Source: Octopus sinensis (taxonomy: Eukaryota). From it: DNA of 64,000 nucleotides. Positions 1 through 13,327 of this stretch are shown here, piece after piece; positions within the stretch are counted from its first letter, which is position 1, and each line of letters begins with the position of its first letter. The stretch is from the NCBI RefSeq assembly GCF_006345805.1, contig NC_042997.1, positions 209,250,001 through 209,314,000 on the forward strand, given 5' to 3'. Below the pieces are notes generated by a model. It was not told where the DNA came from. It worked only from the letters and a program-made list of their open reading frames with translations, and did not search any database. The position numbers and the translations under genes are program-made.

Positions 1-511
1 CCTCGTCCCCCAGGGGAGGTGAAAAGTTCCAAGAGGAGCGTGGAAGAAAAGTGGGGCGATAGTGGGGTAGCGATTCATGTAAAGACTACAAAATAATGGG
101 TTCTTTAGGTTTATTTGTGAAATACAGCTGCTTCGAATTTGCTTCAGAAACAGGTCTATGTTTGTGATGGTTAGCTGGGGAAGCGGCGCTAGGAATGTGG
201 CCTAGGTGTCAAGGGGGAGGCAGCCAAAAAAAAAAAAAAAGGAAACACTGCGCTATATTAACGACCGTTTGTCTATTATTACTATAGGTGTACTACTTAT
301 ACTGCTGTCATTGTTCCCTGTGGGCAGGCCCTCTCTCTCTGTCTCTAACCCGGTAGAAAGAGGGCTACCTCTGTCCCTTTCTAATCTTTCGGTTCCACTC
401 CCTCTCTCAGTAAAGAGGTTTTTGTCTTGTAAGTTTGCGGGTGCTGATTCCACGTAAAAAGCGCCCACTACACTCTGTAAAGTGGTTGGCATTAGGAAAA
501 GCATTCATAAA

Positions 512-635
512 ACCATGTCAAAACAGACAAATGGAGCCTGATGCGGCCTACTGGCTTATCAGCTCCTGTCAAACCGTCCAATCCATGCCAGCATGGAAAA
601 AAGGACGTTAATTTATAATGATGATGATGATGATG
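512..635 (+). mobile_element. RTE-clade LINE 3' tail fragment ending in (GAT)n
   Basis: CCATGCCAGCATGG palindrome, then GGACGTTAA and (ATG)n; same tail as the ORF-bearing copy at 47848-48569. Confidence 0.75.
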
Positions 636-1599
636 TATTTGTTGCTATGTATTTATGCTTGTGTTGTTCTGTGCCTTGTCTCTTAGTTCAGTTGAATGTG
701 TCAACCCCTGTACTTATCTTTTCAAGCCTGGCACTATTCTATCGGTCTCTTTCGCCGAATTGCTAAGTTACGGAGACGTAAGCAAACCACCGGCTGTCAA
801 GTGGTGGCGGGGAACAAACACACACGCAGAGTTCTCTCTGAGAACTACATTAAGGGTACGCGTGTCTGTAGAGTGCTCAGCCAATTGCACGTTAATTAAG
901 GCTGTTCTGTTGATCAGATCAACTGGAATACTCGTCGTCGTAACCGACGGAGGGCCAGTCATTTCATTTCTTGCCGGAATATTATGTCACGAAATTCAGT
1001 TTTATTTGTATAGCTCCGAGTTTTAAATGTTCGTATACTGTTGCTTTTTAGGTTTAAGTATTTTTTTCGCAAGATTCTTGATGTGAAATAGAGTGTTAAA
1101 ACAAATATTGTTAAATGTAGGGACGGTCATTTTGCCAATAAACACACGCACTACATATTTGATCTTCACTTTAGCTTTATCATTATTATTAATTATTGTT
1201 TATTTGTCAGAGTTCTTTCGTAACACATTCTTTGACCCCTTCAATGACTTCTTGTTCTTCTTTCTTGCCTTATCCAATATATTCCATCTTGTGGTACGGA
1301 TGCATTTGCGTCTAAGTTTGTGTGTGCAGGGCGGACCCGGTGGGGGCGGGTCTGAAGGGCACATACCCCCCCTCTCTTAGGAAAAGAAGTGCGCCCTTCT
1401 AAATAATGTTATTACGCTCTTTTCTCCCGGAATTGTATTCTCTTCTGACCTTGTGCCTTCCTTTCGAAAAATTCCTGGCACCGCGCCTTGTGTGTATGCG
1501 TGTCTTGTCTGCATAGGTTTGTATATTGCACTGTTTGCTAGGTCGTGGAGTGAAGGTATTACTATTCCATCCGCGTTTCCTGTTGGTGCTAGGTCTACT

Positions 1600-2100
1600 A
1601 TCTATGGTGTGTGGCCTCTGTAATCTGTTTGAGTGTCGAGTCAGGTCTATGTGTACATAAGATCTTATATGTTATCTATCGATTCCCCATGTGTTAGTTT
1701 AGCATGTTAGTATAGCAGTGGCGAGTTTTTCTCCCTTGAGTTCCCGCCAGTGTTCCTTTATCTTCTCACCTATGCTACGAGCTGTCTCTTCAATATGCCT
1801 TTGTCATGTTTCTGCACCATCCCTCTGTACACATTCTATAGACTGCATTACTAGTTTTGTAGCTTATCTGTGGTCTTACCCTATACAGGTCCTATCAGTA
1901 GAAAGGGTTCTTTTTAAAGAGATATGTTCTACTGATCAAGGATTTTAAGGGAGTTCTTGGCCTTTCTCCTACTTCAATTCATAGATTCAGTTTATCTGAG
2001 TCTTTTCTAAACTGATACGCTAGTTCGCTTCGAAAAGTAGCGTCGACCAACATGATGCTCTAGTTGCTTTTTAGGTTTTCCTTTAATCTTTCTGTATCTT
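1600..2100 (-). pseudogene. Degenerate Penelope-like element ORF remnant (RT-EN linker plus GIY-YIG endonuclease)
   Basis: Minus-strand translation across stops and a frameshift: KLNL*IEVGERPRTPLKSLISRT ... KTSNAVYRM ... HIEETARSIGEKIKEHWRELK, matching the PLE GIY-YIG pattern VYxIxC...YIGETxRxLxERxxEH. Confidence 0.8.
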
Positions 2101-2744
2101 CCAGTGTCCCCACTACAACTAATATATCACCCACATACTCGATATATACCGTATATTCGTACTTTGGTATTATTATTCCTTTTTCTGTTGTAATAAAAAA
2201 AAAGTCGAAAACTCTCCTAAAATTGTTTGTCTTCCACTTGTCTCAATCTTTGGACAGTGGCCATGCTGGGGCACCGCCCTAAACAGTCTTAGACGAAAAA
2301 AATTGACCCCAGGACTTATGTTGTTTATTAAAGTCGGGTACTTAGTCTATTGGTCTCTTTTGCCAAAATGTTAAGCGGTGGGGGTATAACAAACACAGAC
2401 ACACATATAAACGATGGACTTCTACAGTTCCCATCTACAAATTCACTTGTGTCAAATGCATTGGTTGGTTCGGGGCGAGAGCAGAAGATACGTTCCCAAA
2501 GTACCGTACAGTGGAACTGAACCTGAAACTACGTGGTTGCAAAGCAAACGTCTTAACCACAGCCAAGGGTAGAGATTACATATGTAATTCTGATGCCCCA
2601 AACACAAATTCTTAAAAGAAAAAGGAGAAAAAGAGAAGGGAGGAAATTGGTGCTGACAAAATCGTGAGCAGAGTAACGGTCTGAGAAACCATCAAGAATT
2701 CTTTGATGGTTTTTTTTGGTTTGTTGTTTCTTTCCCAAAATTCT

Positions 2745-3075
2745 AGGTGTGGCTGTGTGGTAAGAAGCTTGCTTCTCAATTACATGGTTCTAGGTTCAGT
2801 CTCATTGTGTGGAACCTTGGCCTAGTGTCTTCTACAAAGCATCTAGCCGATCAAAAGATTTGGTAGACGGAAAGAAGCCTGTCGTGTGCGTGTGTCTCAC
2901 CACTGCTTGACAACCGGTGTTGGTTTGGTTACGTCCCCGTGACTTAGCGGTTCGGAAAAGAGAGACCTACGGAATTGCCAGGCTTTAAAAAAAATAATAA
3001 ATACTGAGATCGATATATTCGACTGCAAATTCTTCAAGGCGGTGCCCCAGCATGGCCGTAGTCAAATGACTGAAA
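2745..3075 (+). mobile_element. tRNA-derived SINE, family A (head GGTGTGGCTGTGTGGTAAG, tail GGCGGTGCYCCAGCATGGCC)
   Basis: Pol III A/B-box-like head, central (TG)n and conserved tail; many copies in the window. Confidence 0.8.
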
Positions 3076-3372
3076 GTATCAGGAATCTACATCCTCGAAG
3101 GCCTATCGCTGCAAAAATTTCATTAAAAAAAGGGTCATTTCTGAGGAAATTATGATAAAAGTAAGAGGAAGAGAGAGGGGGCAGGACGCGGGTGGGTGAG
3201 GCATTGATGGGGCCTCAATGTGTAGTTATGCCTTTGAGGTTGGGCCTCTTCGTGTCTAAATAAACAACAATCGATAATAATTTGTACTTTTCTCGACCCG
3301 AGAAAAGACTTAAAGGTGAAGTCGACCCCCAACAGACGAGAAACAATCAAATAACTGGAATATCATGGTTAA

Positions 3373-3780
3373 GTGATGATGATGATGATGATGATGATGA
3401 GAATAATGGCGATAATGTAACGATGATGGTGGTGGTGGTGGTGGTGGTGGTGAAAATGTTAGTAATGATGATGATGATGATGGTGGTGAGAATTTTGATG
3501 GTGGTGGTGATGAGACTGTTAATGATGATGATGATGATGGTGATGGTGAGAATGTTGATGATGATGATGATGACGATGTAATGATGATGATAGTGATAGT
3601 GGTGATGAGAATGTTAATAACGATGATGATGATAATGGTGATGGCGATGTAGTTGGTGGTAGTGAAGATGATGGTGATGGTGAAGGGGTGACTATGCCGG
3701 CTGTGGCGATGATGGTGGTGATGGTGATGATGATGATGAGGAGGAGGAGGCGGTTGATGACAGGTGTGGTGGCATCATTG
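3373..3780. repeat. Compound (GAT)n/(GGT)n low-complexity tract
   Basis: Seen directly. Confidence 0.95.
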
Positions 3781-4336
3781 TTCAACTATTTCTAATCGCT
3801 CTCAGCTGTAATGACGGACAATGCTAGAAATAGCAGCTAAATATCCTTCAAACAGCACCAGCCTATCGATAAAAAAATTAAAAAAAAAAGAACTACACAT
3901 CGTACAATGTAGTCCTGGGTAGACCATGTCATGTTTGTCAGTGACACACATTCTGTTATGAACACAAAAGTACAACGGGAAGTGTGGCTACTACTACTAA
4001 TACTACTACTACTACTACTGCTAGTACTACAACCACCGCTGCTGCTAGCAGCAGCCTTTCATCCTCCTCCTCTTACTACTACTACCACCATTACTATTAC
4101 TACTATCACCACTACTATTACTACTATGATTGCATTATTATAAAGCAGCATATATATATATGTGTGTGTGTGTGTGTCTATGTATATCAGACACATAAAT
4201 GCACAGATGGCCATATATATGTATGTATGTATACATATATATATATGTGTGTGTGTGTGTGTATCTATGTATGTATACATGCACGTATGTATATATATAT
4301 AGCAAAGCACACAGGTATCATCTGTGTGCGTATGCG

Positions 4337-4381
<45 letters not shown>

Positions 4382-4382
4382 A

Positions 4383-4455
<73 letters not shown>

Positions 4456-4581
4456 TGTGTGTGTGTGTATAATTTGTTTTTATGTTCAGTTCTAATAAGA
4501 ACAGTTTCCCATGAAATCCGATGCTTCGCTCCTGTACTTTTATAGAGTACAAATGTACAAATCTATTAAGAACATTATTGA

Positions 4582-4659
4582 TAGCGACTTCGAAGTTTCG
4601 GCCAGTTAAGCCATCGCAGTCCGACGATGACTCAACTGGTCGAAACTTCGAAGTCACTA
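4582..4659. ncRNA. Inverted pair of degenerate hammerhead-like motifs
   Basis: Plus strand: AGT CCGACGA T GAC-tcaactg-GTC GAAA CTTCGAAG T C ACT; a mirror copy lies on the minus strand. Confidence 0.5.
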
Positions 4660-6760
4660 AGCCACTACATGTACGTATGTATATAAAAAAAAAACCCAGC
4701 AAACCGGGAAGCTCCCCCCATCCTCCCACCCGCAAAAAAAATTAATTAATTAATAAAAAGCAAAAACAAACTGGTTACAAACATCAAAAACAAGATGTGA
4801 GGGAAATCAGGGTCTTTCAAAATAACAGGGCAAAAGGGCAAATACCCCAGGGGTGTGTATTCTTCAACCCCGAACGTTCACACCCCAGGGTAAGAGTCAC
4901 ATATGTACTCTAATAGAGTTTATTGGAGAACTTTAATTAATTGGGGTTATTCCAAGTGATTAGATTAATTAGGGATTATTTATGGATTCGTGTCTTCTTT
5001 AAGACATTTTAAAAGTAAGCGAGGGTAAATAGCGGCAACGAGGGATCGAATGCGAAGACGGGTCATGTTGGGAACTTGCCATTAAGTGGTGGCCACGGTT
5101 CTTGTCTCATGAGGTTCACGTTCAAAATTGATTTTTTTAAAAATTAAACGAGGAGTAGGGCAGCAATCGATTACATCGATTACCCCAGTACTTGATTGGT
5201 TCTCTATTGATACAGATTGGTACTCTAGCAAATTCGACCGTGGTGAGTTTTGAACTCAAAAATGTTTGAGGCACACCACGGAATTTCGTTCGGAATTACT
5301 GTTTCACACAAAATGGAATTTCTTCAGTTTTTCTCGCTATTTCTTGTCATTTTTACAAGAAAACACATGTAAAGCAATCTTTCGGTATTGGTAGACATTC
5401 ACCACACGATTTCCAATAATGACAGACCAAGATGAAAAAGAGAGCAAATGACATCGTCTTCTTGTACAGATATTCTTGGAGATCAATACCGAAGGATCGC
5501 CCACATGTAATTTGCACTTTAACAAAAAATGTTTAAAAATTCATGTTTTTACAACCTTCGCCCCCCCCCCATTTCATTGCTCCTTCGGAATAATTGCCAC
5601 AATTAAAATGAATTTTTATTCCTTTTTTTTTTTTCGGTATCTTTCGTTATTTTAGAGAATTATTCCATATTCTGGAACACTTGTAATTCAGTTTGTAAGA
5701 AGAAAGACTGTTTTTTCAACAAGGCAGTGCCCCAGCTTGGCCGCAATCTATTGACTGAAGCAAGGAAACAGATCCCTAAAATTTCTCAACTCGAAATTCC
5801 CTCGGACACACAGCTAAAATAGCGCGTGGCTCCTTGTCGGACGCTCCACCGACTCAGTCCACGCCGCCGCTCTTTTATTTCAATAATGCCATTTAAAAAT
5901 TAGATAACTTAGCAGTTCGACAAAGGAAGACCGATAGAACGAGTACCAGGCTTTAAAAAAATAAGCACTGGGCTCAGTCAATTAGTTCGACTAAATTCTT
6001 TGAAAGCAAGTGCCCCAGCATGGCCGCCGTCTAATGAATGAAAAAGTAAAACAAGTAAAAGAATAAAAATAAATAAACGTGATACGATCTCGTGATTCAT
6101 TCGTTTTCGATGTTTTGCAGCGAATGAAATACTTCTAATGCTGTCAGGGGGAAAGATTGAACGCCTCACACTCTCATTTCTGCTGTGAGAAAATAAAAAT
6201 TGTCATCACCACCACCACCACCACCATCTTGACCTTCTAATGATGATGATGATGATGATGGTGGTGGTTTAGTCAGAATCCTTATCGTGACTGAAACACG
6301 TTCAGGAAAAATGGCTTAGTCTCTCCTTAAATGTTGAAGCATCGTAATATGTATAGAGGAGCATGCACGTATACATCCATAAACATACACCTGTGTGGCG
6401 TGTGTATATACACACACACACACACAGAACACGAATGGAAAGCAGGTTCAGTGACGAGGCTTGAATCGGCGAACGCACCACTTGCCGGTCGCCCGGCCGT
6501 GTCAGGGAATAGGCCTCTCCTTCGCATTGTCTCAAATTGATGCTTTATACATACATTTTGAATTAAAATCTTAGCAGTTAATTTATACTATACACACACA
6601 CACGCACACATGCTGATGAGTATAGAAGCCGGAGAACAAGGGGCTGGATATATAGACGAGAGTGCAAGAGAAAGAAAAGGGTTAGGGGTTAGAGAAGGAT
6701 GAGGAGACAAAGAGGAAGAGGACGGAGAGGAATCGGGAATGAAACAAAGGTATTAAGGAG

Positions 6761-6804
<44 letters not shown>

Positions 6805-6823
6805 GATAGATAGATAGATAGAT

Positions 6824-6895
<72 letters not shown>

Positions 6896-7649
6896 GAAGG
6901 TAGAGTATTTTCAGATAGGATACAAATTGATACAGATAGATAGAAAGCTAGAATGATACAAATAGATAGATAGATAGATGGATGGATGGATGGATAGGTA
7001 GAAGTGAATACAGCTAGATGTATAGATACAGCCATATAGATACAAATAGATGATGTGTCGCGAGGCAGGAGTAAAATATACAATGATAGAAACCTACCTT
7101 TTCGATATCCTTAAAGATGGTTAACAAGGAGCTACAGTGATTTCACTGTATGTAAGTGTATATAAATGTGTGTGTACACTTATGTAGCTGCGTGTGTGTG
7201 TGTGCGTAAATATCCCAGCCGGTAAGACTTACACATACATATACAATATATATGTGTCGATACAATATTATATATATTATATACACATATATAGAATATA
7301 ATTTGTGCACGCGATACGGTAATAGCTCCTTCACAAAGAACACGTGCGCGTATAGTTAGCTATGTATGTATATTATATTTATATCTATTTATGCACTCTG
7401 TAGCTGAACTGCTTGGGATGCGTGCGTGTGTATGTATATATGTGTGCGTCTGTTTGTATATAAATATGTTGTAGTAAGTCTATGTTATGTGTATGTATGT
7501 ATAGAGTGATGTTTGCTCACAACACGAGAAATTTCCCCGCCTTAACGCCGAAATGAGAGAATACCGCTTCATCGGTTGGAAGAGTCCACTTTCATAGAAA
7601 AAGGGGTTGAACAGCTTGTTTGCCTCTAACAGACGTTATTGCACACACA

Positions 7650-7713
<64 letters not shown>

Positions 7714-8125
7714 GTCTCTCTCTCTCTCTCCCTCTTTCTCTATTTGTCTGTCTGTTTCTCTCTTTCTCTTTCTTGTCCATTGTGGACTCAGAGTGTATGT
7801 GTGTGTGTGTATGTGCGTACGTGTGAGTGCCAGTACATGCATGTATGTAAGTGGCAGTGGATCTCTGTATGTGTGTAAGTGTATACGTATGTGTATGTGT
7901 GTGTCTATGTAGGAGTGTGTGAGCGGTAATGTATGATTATAAGTGTGAGTGCGTGTCTCTTTAAGTGTGTGTGTGTGTGTGTGGTTGCTCATCACAATTA
8001 GTTCCTGCAAGAAATAATATAAACAACACAGAATGAACTACAGCAAAGATAAATACACACGCACACACGTGTGTGTATACACGCATGTATACATAAATAT
8101 GTATGTGTATATATATGTGCGTGTG

Positions 8126-8167
<42 letters not shown>

Positions 8168-8799
8168 GTATGTATGTATTCTTTGTGAAGGAGCTATATA
8201 TATCTTTATAATTTATAATTATAAATATATTAATGCATATATGTTTATGTGTGTGTGTGTGTATAGATATACAATATATATAAATATATATATGAAGGCA
8301 TACATACATATGTATAAACACACATTTATAGAGTGTGTGTACATGTTTGTATGTATGTATGCATGCATATATATATATATATATATATATGCAGGCATAC
8401 ATACATATACACATACATACAAATGTATAAACACACATAGATGAAGAGTGTGTATACACATATCATATATATACATACATACACATATATATGAATGCAT
8501 GAATACATACATATTACATGTAAACATACATACATACATTTAAACTTTTACAAGGAAATGTTTGATTGGGACTTCGATGCTTCATCAGAAGACGAGCAGA
8601 GCTAAACTTCGAAGTCACAATCTACCTTTTCATGGCAAAAGTTTAATAAACCTGCAAGAAAATATTGAGTAATATTTCAGTTTCATTAAATTGATTTCAC
8701 GTATAACTTGAAAATGAGAAATATTTGTGGGTCCCTGTGTGTGTGCGTGAGTGTTAAATAACACACACACTCACACACACACACACACACACACACATA

Positions 8800-9195
8800 T
8801 AGGCGTGGCTGTGTGGTAAGAAGCTTGCTTCCCCATCACATGGTCCCATTGCAAGGTATTTCAGGCAAGTGTCTTCTACAATAGCCTCGGGCCGACCAAA
8901 CCCTTGTGACTGGATTTGGTAGATGGAAACTGAAAGAAGCCCGCCGTATATATATATATATATGTATGTGTATGTATATGTACGTATTTATGGGTCTGTG
9001 TTTGTTCCCCACCATCGCTTGTCAATTGATGTTGGTGTGCTTACGTCACCGTGACTAAGCGGTTCAGCAAAAGAGACCAATAGGATAAGTTCTAGGCTTA
9101 CAAAGAATAAGTCCTGGGGTCGATTTGTTTCAATAAAGGCGGTGCTCCAGCATGGCTGCAGCCAAATGACTGAAACCAGTAAAAGAATAAAAGAA
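8800..9195 (+). mobile_element. SINE family A, full length
   Basis: Head GGCGTGGCTGTGTGGTAAG, central (TA)n/(TG)n, tail CCAGCATGGCTGCAG...AAAAGAATAAAAGA. Confidence 0.85.
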
Positions 9196-9221
9196 TATAT
9201 ATATATATATTCTCATATATA

Positions 9222-10345
9222 TATTAGGTTGTCTCACATGAAATGTTGCATTTGAAAAAGAAAGCATTAAAATTGGTTTTTTTATGTATTAGAATATTTA
9301 TTTATTTAATCAAAATATGATCCTTGTTCATCCAAATGTTCCCCTAAGGCATATATTCCATCTTCAAAGAATTTGTCATCTTTCACACTGATAAACTGTT
9401 CAAATACTTCAATGACCTCTTCTTTATTTAAGACTATTTTATTGCGCATAGCAAACTCAAAGTGTTTAAATATGTGATAATCATAAGGAGAGATATCAGG
9501 AGACTAAGGAGGTTGTGCCAAAAGTTCATAATTCAGGCTTTGCAACTTGTGGACCGTAGCTTGAGGAGTGTGAGGCCATGTATTATCATCAAGCAAAATT
9601 GGGCCATCTCTATTCATTAATTTGGGTTGCTTGTTCTTTTAATTTTTCATGCATGCAATCAATTTCCTGACAATAGGATGTTGTTGTTACAGTTTTTCCT
9701 TGTTGCAAAAATGAATAATGAATAACCCCCTTTGTTGAGAACCATACAGTGACCATCAACTTTTTAGGGTGCAGTGGTGGTTTTGGGTAGTGTTTTGGTA
9801 ACTCTCCTGCATCTAATCACTGTCCTATCCTCCGGCTGTTATCAAAGAGTATCCATTTCTCATCACATGTAATGAGTCGATACAAAAATGGTTCTTTTTC
9901 CAACCGAGAAATCAACGTGGAACACACTATTGTACGGCATCTATTTCATTGAATCTCATCAAATTTATGGGGAACAAACCTATCCATCTTTTTGACTTTT
10001 CCAATTTTCTTCAAGTGTCAAGAAACAGTTGGGTAGATGTCTGGAGCTCTGATCCAATTTTCCAAACTTTTGTTCTCAGATTTCGTTTAACCAAAGCATT
10101 CAATTCATCATGCCAAATAACCGATTTTGGTCTGCCTCTTGCTCCATTTTTAAGGCTTTCATTTCCTGAACGACATCTTTGGAACCATCTCCAAACAGTT
10201 CCAATGTCAACAGAATCATTACCAAAAGCCCACTTGATGCTTCATAGAGCTTCGGTGGCAGAGGGATCCAACTTGTATTCGTACAAGAAAATCACTCAGT
10301 ATTGTTCAGTTGACAACATTATCATAAGAGCCGTGGGTTACAATT
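9222..10345 (-). pseudogene. Tc1/mariner (mariner-type) transposase pseudogene
   Basis: Minus strand: FLYEYKL...TVWRWFQR..SGNESL...RGRP...KIGKVKKMDRFVPHKF (WVPHEL-like) and PP*SPDISPYDYHIF (YSPDL-like); TA-TTAGGTTG TIR-like end at 9222. Confidence 0.9.
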
Positions 10346-10699
10346 TTGAATAATAGTGTTGTCTCGAAAGAAAACCAGCATGCTAACGTTTTTGCCAGCT
10401 CACCGCCTTCAAAACAATATATATTGGAGCGAGGCAATAGCATAGCTGGGGGGGGGGGAGCAGTAGGGACAGTTCACCCCAGGTTGCACTTTAAAAGGGG
10501 TGACACTTTTAGGTCTGCTGTAGGCAGTGTTTTTTGTGGGGGGTCCCGGGATGGCAAAAGGAAGGGCCGCCCTAAGTGGTACACACTCTAGCTACGCTAG
10601 TGGAGCGATGTGAACATCATTCGAGCATTCATGAGAATGTCAGATGCATTTCAGCGTTCTTGGGCTTCATCGATGACGTGTACCTAGTCAGAGAGAGAG

Positions 10700-11095
10700 A
10701 GATTTCGTCTAGGCTTGTAGAAGAGACAAATCGATTACATCGACTCCAGTATTTGACTGGTACTTTATTTTGTCGACCTTGAAAGGATGAACAGCAAAGC
10801 TGACCTCAGTTGCATTTGAACTTAGAACTTAAAGAGTAGGAAGAAGTGCAACCATATATTTTGTCAGCCTGTCCTCTTAATAGTAGCCTTTTCTAATACA
10901 GGGCACAAGGTCTGAAATTTGAGGGGAAGGAGTATAGTCAATTACACCAACCCCAGTGCTCAACTGGTACTTATTCCATCAACCCCAAAATGATGAAAAG
11001 TTGAGTCGACCTCTGCAGGATTTGAACTCAGATAGACGAAATGTTACTAAGCATGTTGCTCGGCATGCTAACGATTCTGCCATCTTGGCACCTTG
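10700..11095 (-). mobile_element. tRNA-derived SINE family B, two degenerate copies
   Basis: Conserved core GAGTTCAAAT...GTCGAC...TTTCATC...GGGGTYGA...TAAGTACCAG. Confidence 0.7.
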
Positions 11096-11097
11096 AT

Positions 11098-11098
11098 G

Positions 11099-11135
<37 letters not shown>

Positions 11136-11625
11136 TGATGATGATGATGATGATAAATGCCCTGATGCAGTACCAGGCAGTGGCTCTCATGGCTTCTGAT
11201 CTTAACTGATTGGAAGTGTTATCATGTACATTGTTTTGTCTTGGTATAAAAGATGGGCTACAGCAAATATTCTGCTCAATACCACAGATTTGCTTGTCAG
11301 TTGTTTGACCTTAACCAGTTGAGCATGTCCCTTAGTGGCTGACGATATGTGCATCTCTGATCACGAGCAGAAGTAGTGGGGAGCATCATAGCCATGTGTT
11401 GAGAGGGATTCTTTGGGGTTTGGATAATTCACCTCTGGAAACATGGGTGTTTCGTTCAACATCCTTAAACAACCCTTATTCAGGGACCTTTTGAGCGGGA
11501 TGGGTTACTCGACCTGAAGAAAATTCTAACTGGGCTCCACCTATAAGGTCATGTGCTGTATATCATGATATGAGATCACCATGTCGTGCACATATGGTTG
11601 TGATGCATGCGCCTGGTGTACCCTT
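11098..11625 (-). mobile_element. Interspersed retroposon-like repeat with (ATT)n/(ATC)n tail
   Basis: Complex ~470-bp segment abutting a trinucleotide tail; repeat status recognised by familiarity, no second copy in the window. Confidence 0.5.
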
Positions 11626-11706
11626 ATCAGACGGGTAGTCATGATGGGTATATTGGGCTTCGTATATTTTACACCAGTGTCACTTTGATGGCTTGCACTG
11701 CTCTCT

Positions 11707-11711
11707 CACTC

Positions 11712-11770
<59 letters not shown>

Positions 11771-11811
11771 CGATGATGATGATGACTATGTCGACGACGA
11801 TAATGATGACA

Positions 11812-11842
<31 letters not shown>

Positions 11843-11930
11843 CAATGATGATGATGATGATGATGATGATGACAATGATGAGGATGACGATGGCAACGAC
11901 GACGACGACGATGATGATGATGATGATAAT
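11707..11930. repeat. (AAT)n-(GAT/GAC)n compound microsatellite
   Basis: Seen directly. Confidence 0.95.
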
Positions 11931-12346
11931 TGTCCTCAATAGACAAACCTTATCACATAAATAACTTTAATTGCTGTATAGATATACACACATATATGTG
12001 TGTACTTTATTACGAACGTACTCTGTTATGTGTGTGTGTGTGTGTGCGTCTATGTATACGTATGTATGTATGTGTCTGTGTATGTATGCCTCTAGATATA
12101 TCACTGTATGTCTGTGTGCATGGGTTCGTAATCCCGTTATCACGAAGAAAATATTCCCTGATAACACGGCATCTGAAATTGTGTCTGTGTGTGTGTGTGT
12201 ATGTCTGCATGCATATGAATGAATGTGTGTATGTACGGGCGTCTACATATATCTGTACGTGTGTGCTTACATGTATATCTCTGTGGTTGTGTGTGTGTGT
12301 GTGTGTGTTGTGTTTGTTGTTGTGTTTTTTGTGTGTGTTGTGTGTG

Positions 12347-12446
12347 NNNNNNNNNNNNNNNNNNNNNNNNNNNNNNNNNNNNNNNNNNNNNNNNNNNNNN
12401 NNNNNNNNNNNNNNNNNNNNNNNNNNNNNNNNNNNNNNNNNNNNNN
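12347..12446. other. Assembly gap (100 N)
   Basis: Run of exactly 100 N. Confidence 1.
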
Positions 12447-12666
12447 ATAAATGTCTTTTATCCTTTATCTTTTTGCTTGCTTCAGACTGCGGCCATGCTG
12501 GGGCATCGCCTCAAAGAATTTTTAGGCGAATGAATTCACCCCATTGCTTATTATTTTTTTAAAAACCTGGTACTTATTCTATCGGTCCTTTTTGCCGAAC
12601 CACAAGGTTACAGGGACGTAAACTCACCAACACTAGTAGTAGGGGACAAACACAAAGACATGTAGA

Positions 12667-12721
<55 letters not shown>

Positions 12722-13327
12722 TAAATTCAAGCACTCACATACATATCATTAAAAACATGTTTTATGCAGATACAGAGAAAGCAAGCAAAGAACTCTGGTT
12801 ACTCTGAACCATAAAGGAACAATACAGGACAAAGGGAACTGTTGGAGATTCTGTGTCCCAAGTCAGGTCACCATTTTTGGTGGATATGCTTGCAGAGCCA
12901 TCTAAAGTGACTCTACTCAGAAGGCTGTAATCTCATTTGACAGGAACACAGTATAAAGAAATACATGGAACAAGGTGGTAGCTTTAAATACCTTTAATGT
13001 GGCCACATGTATATATACAAGCTGAATGATAAATGATGATGGTTTGATGTGTGGAAGCCCTGGTCTTCTCCTGTGTGTCAGCTCTTGTCTGCTAGCTGGC
13101 GTGTGATGTGAGAGAGAGACTGGATCACATCTTTACGTCTTGGTGAGAAAAGAGGAACAGATAAGTCTTTGAAGCTTAATGTTGCGTAACGCCCTCTATT
13201 GTCCAACTAATTAGGCAGCCGCCATCATGCATCGTTTTGTCAATTTTATCGTCGGCTTAATTCTCTACAGTAGCATAGCCAGAGTGTGACAGTCCACCCA
13301 AGCGATGCTTTTATGGAGCAACGCTTT

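Noticed and set aside
6440-6535. CpG-rich patch as a promoter or exon
   Set aside because: Under 100 bp, with no supporting motifs or splice context.
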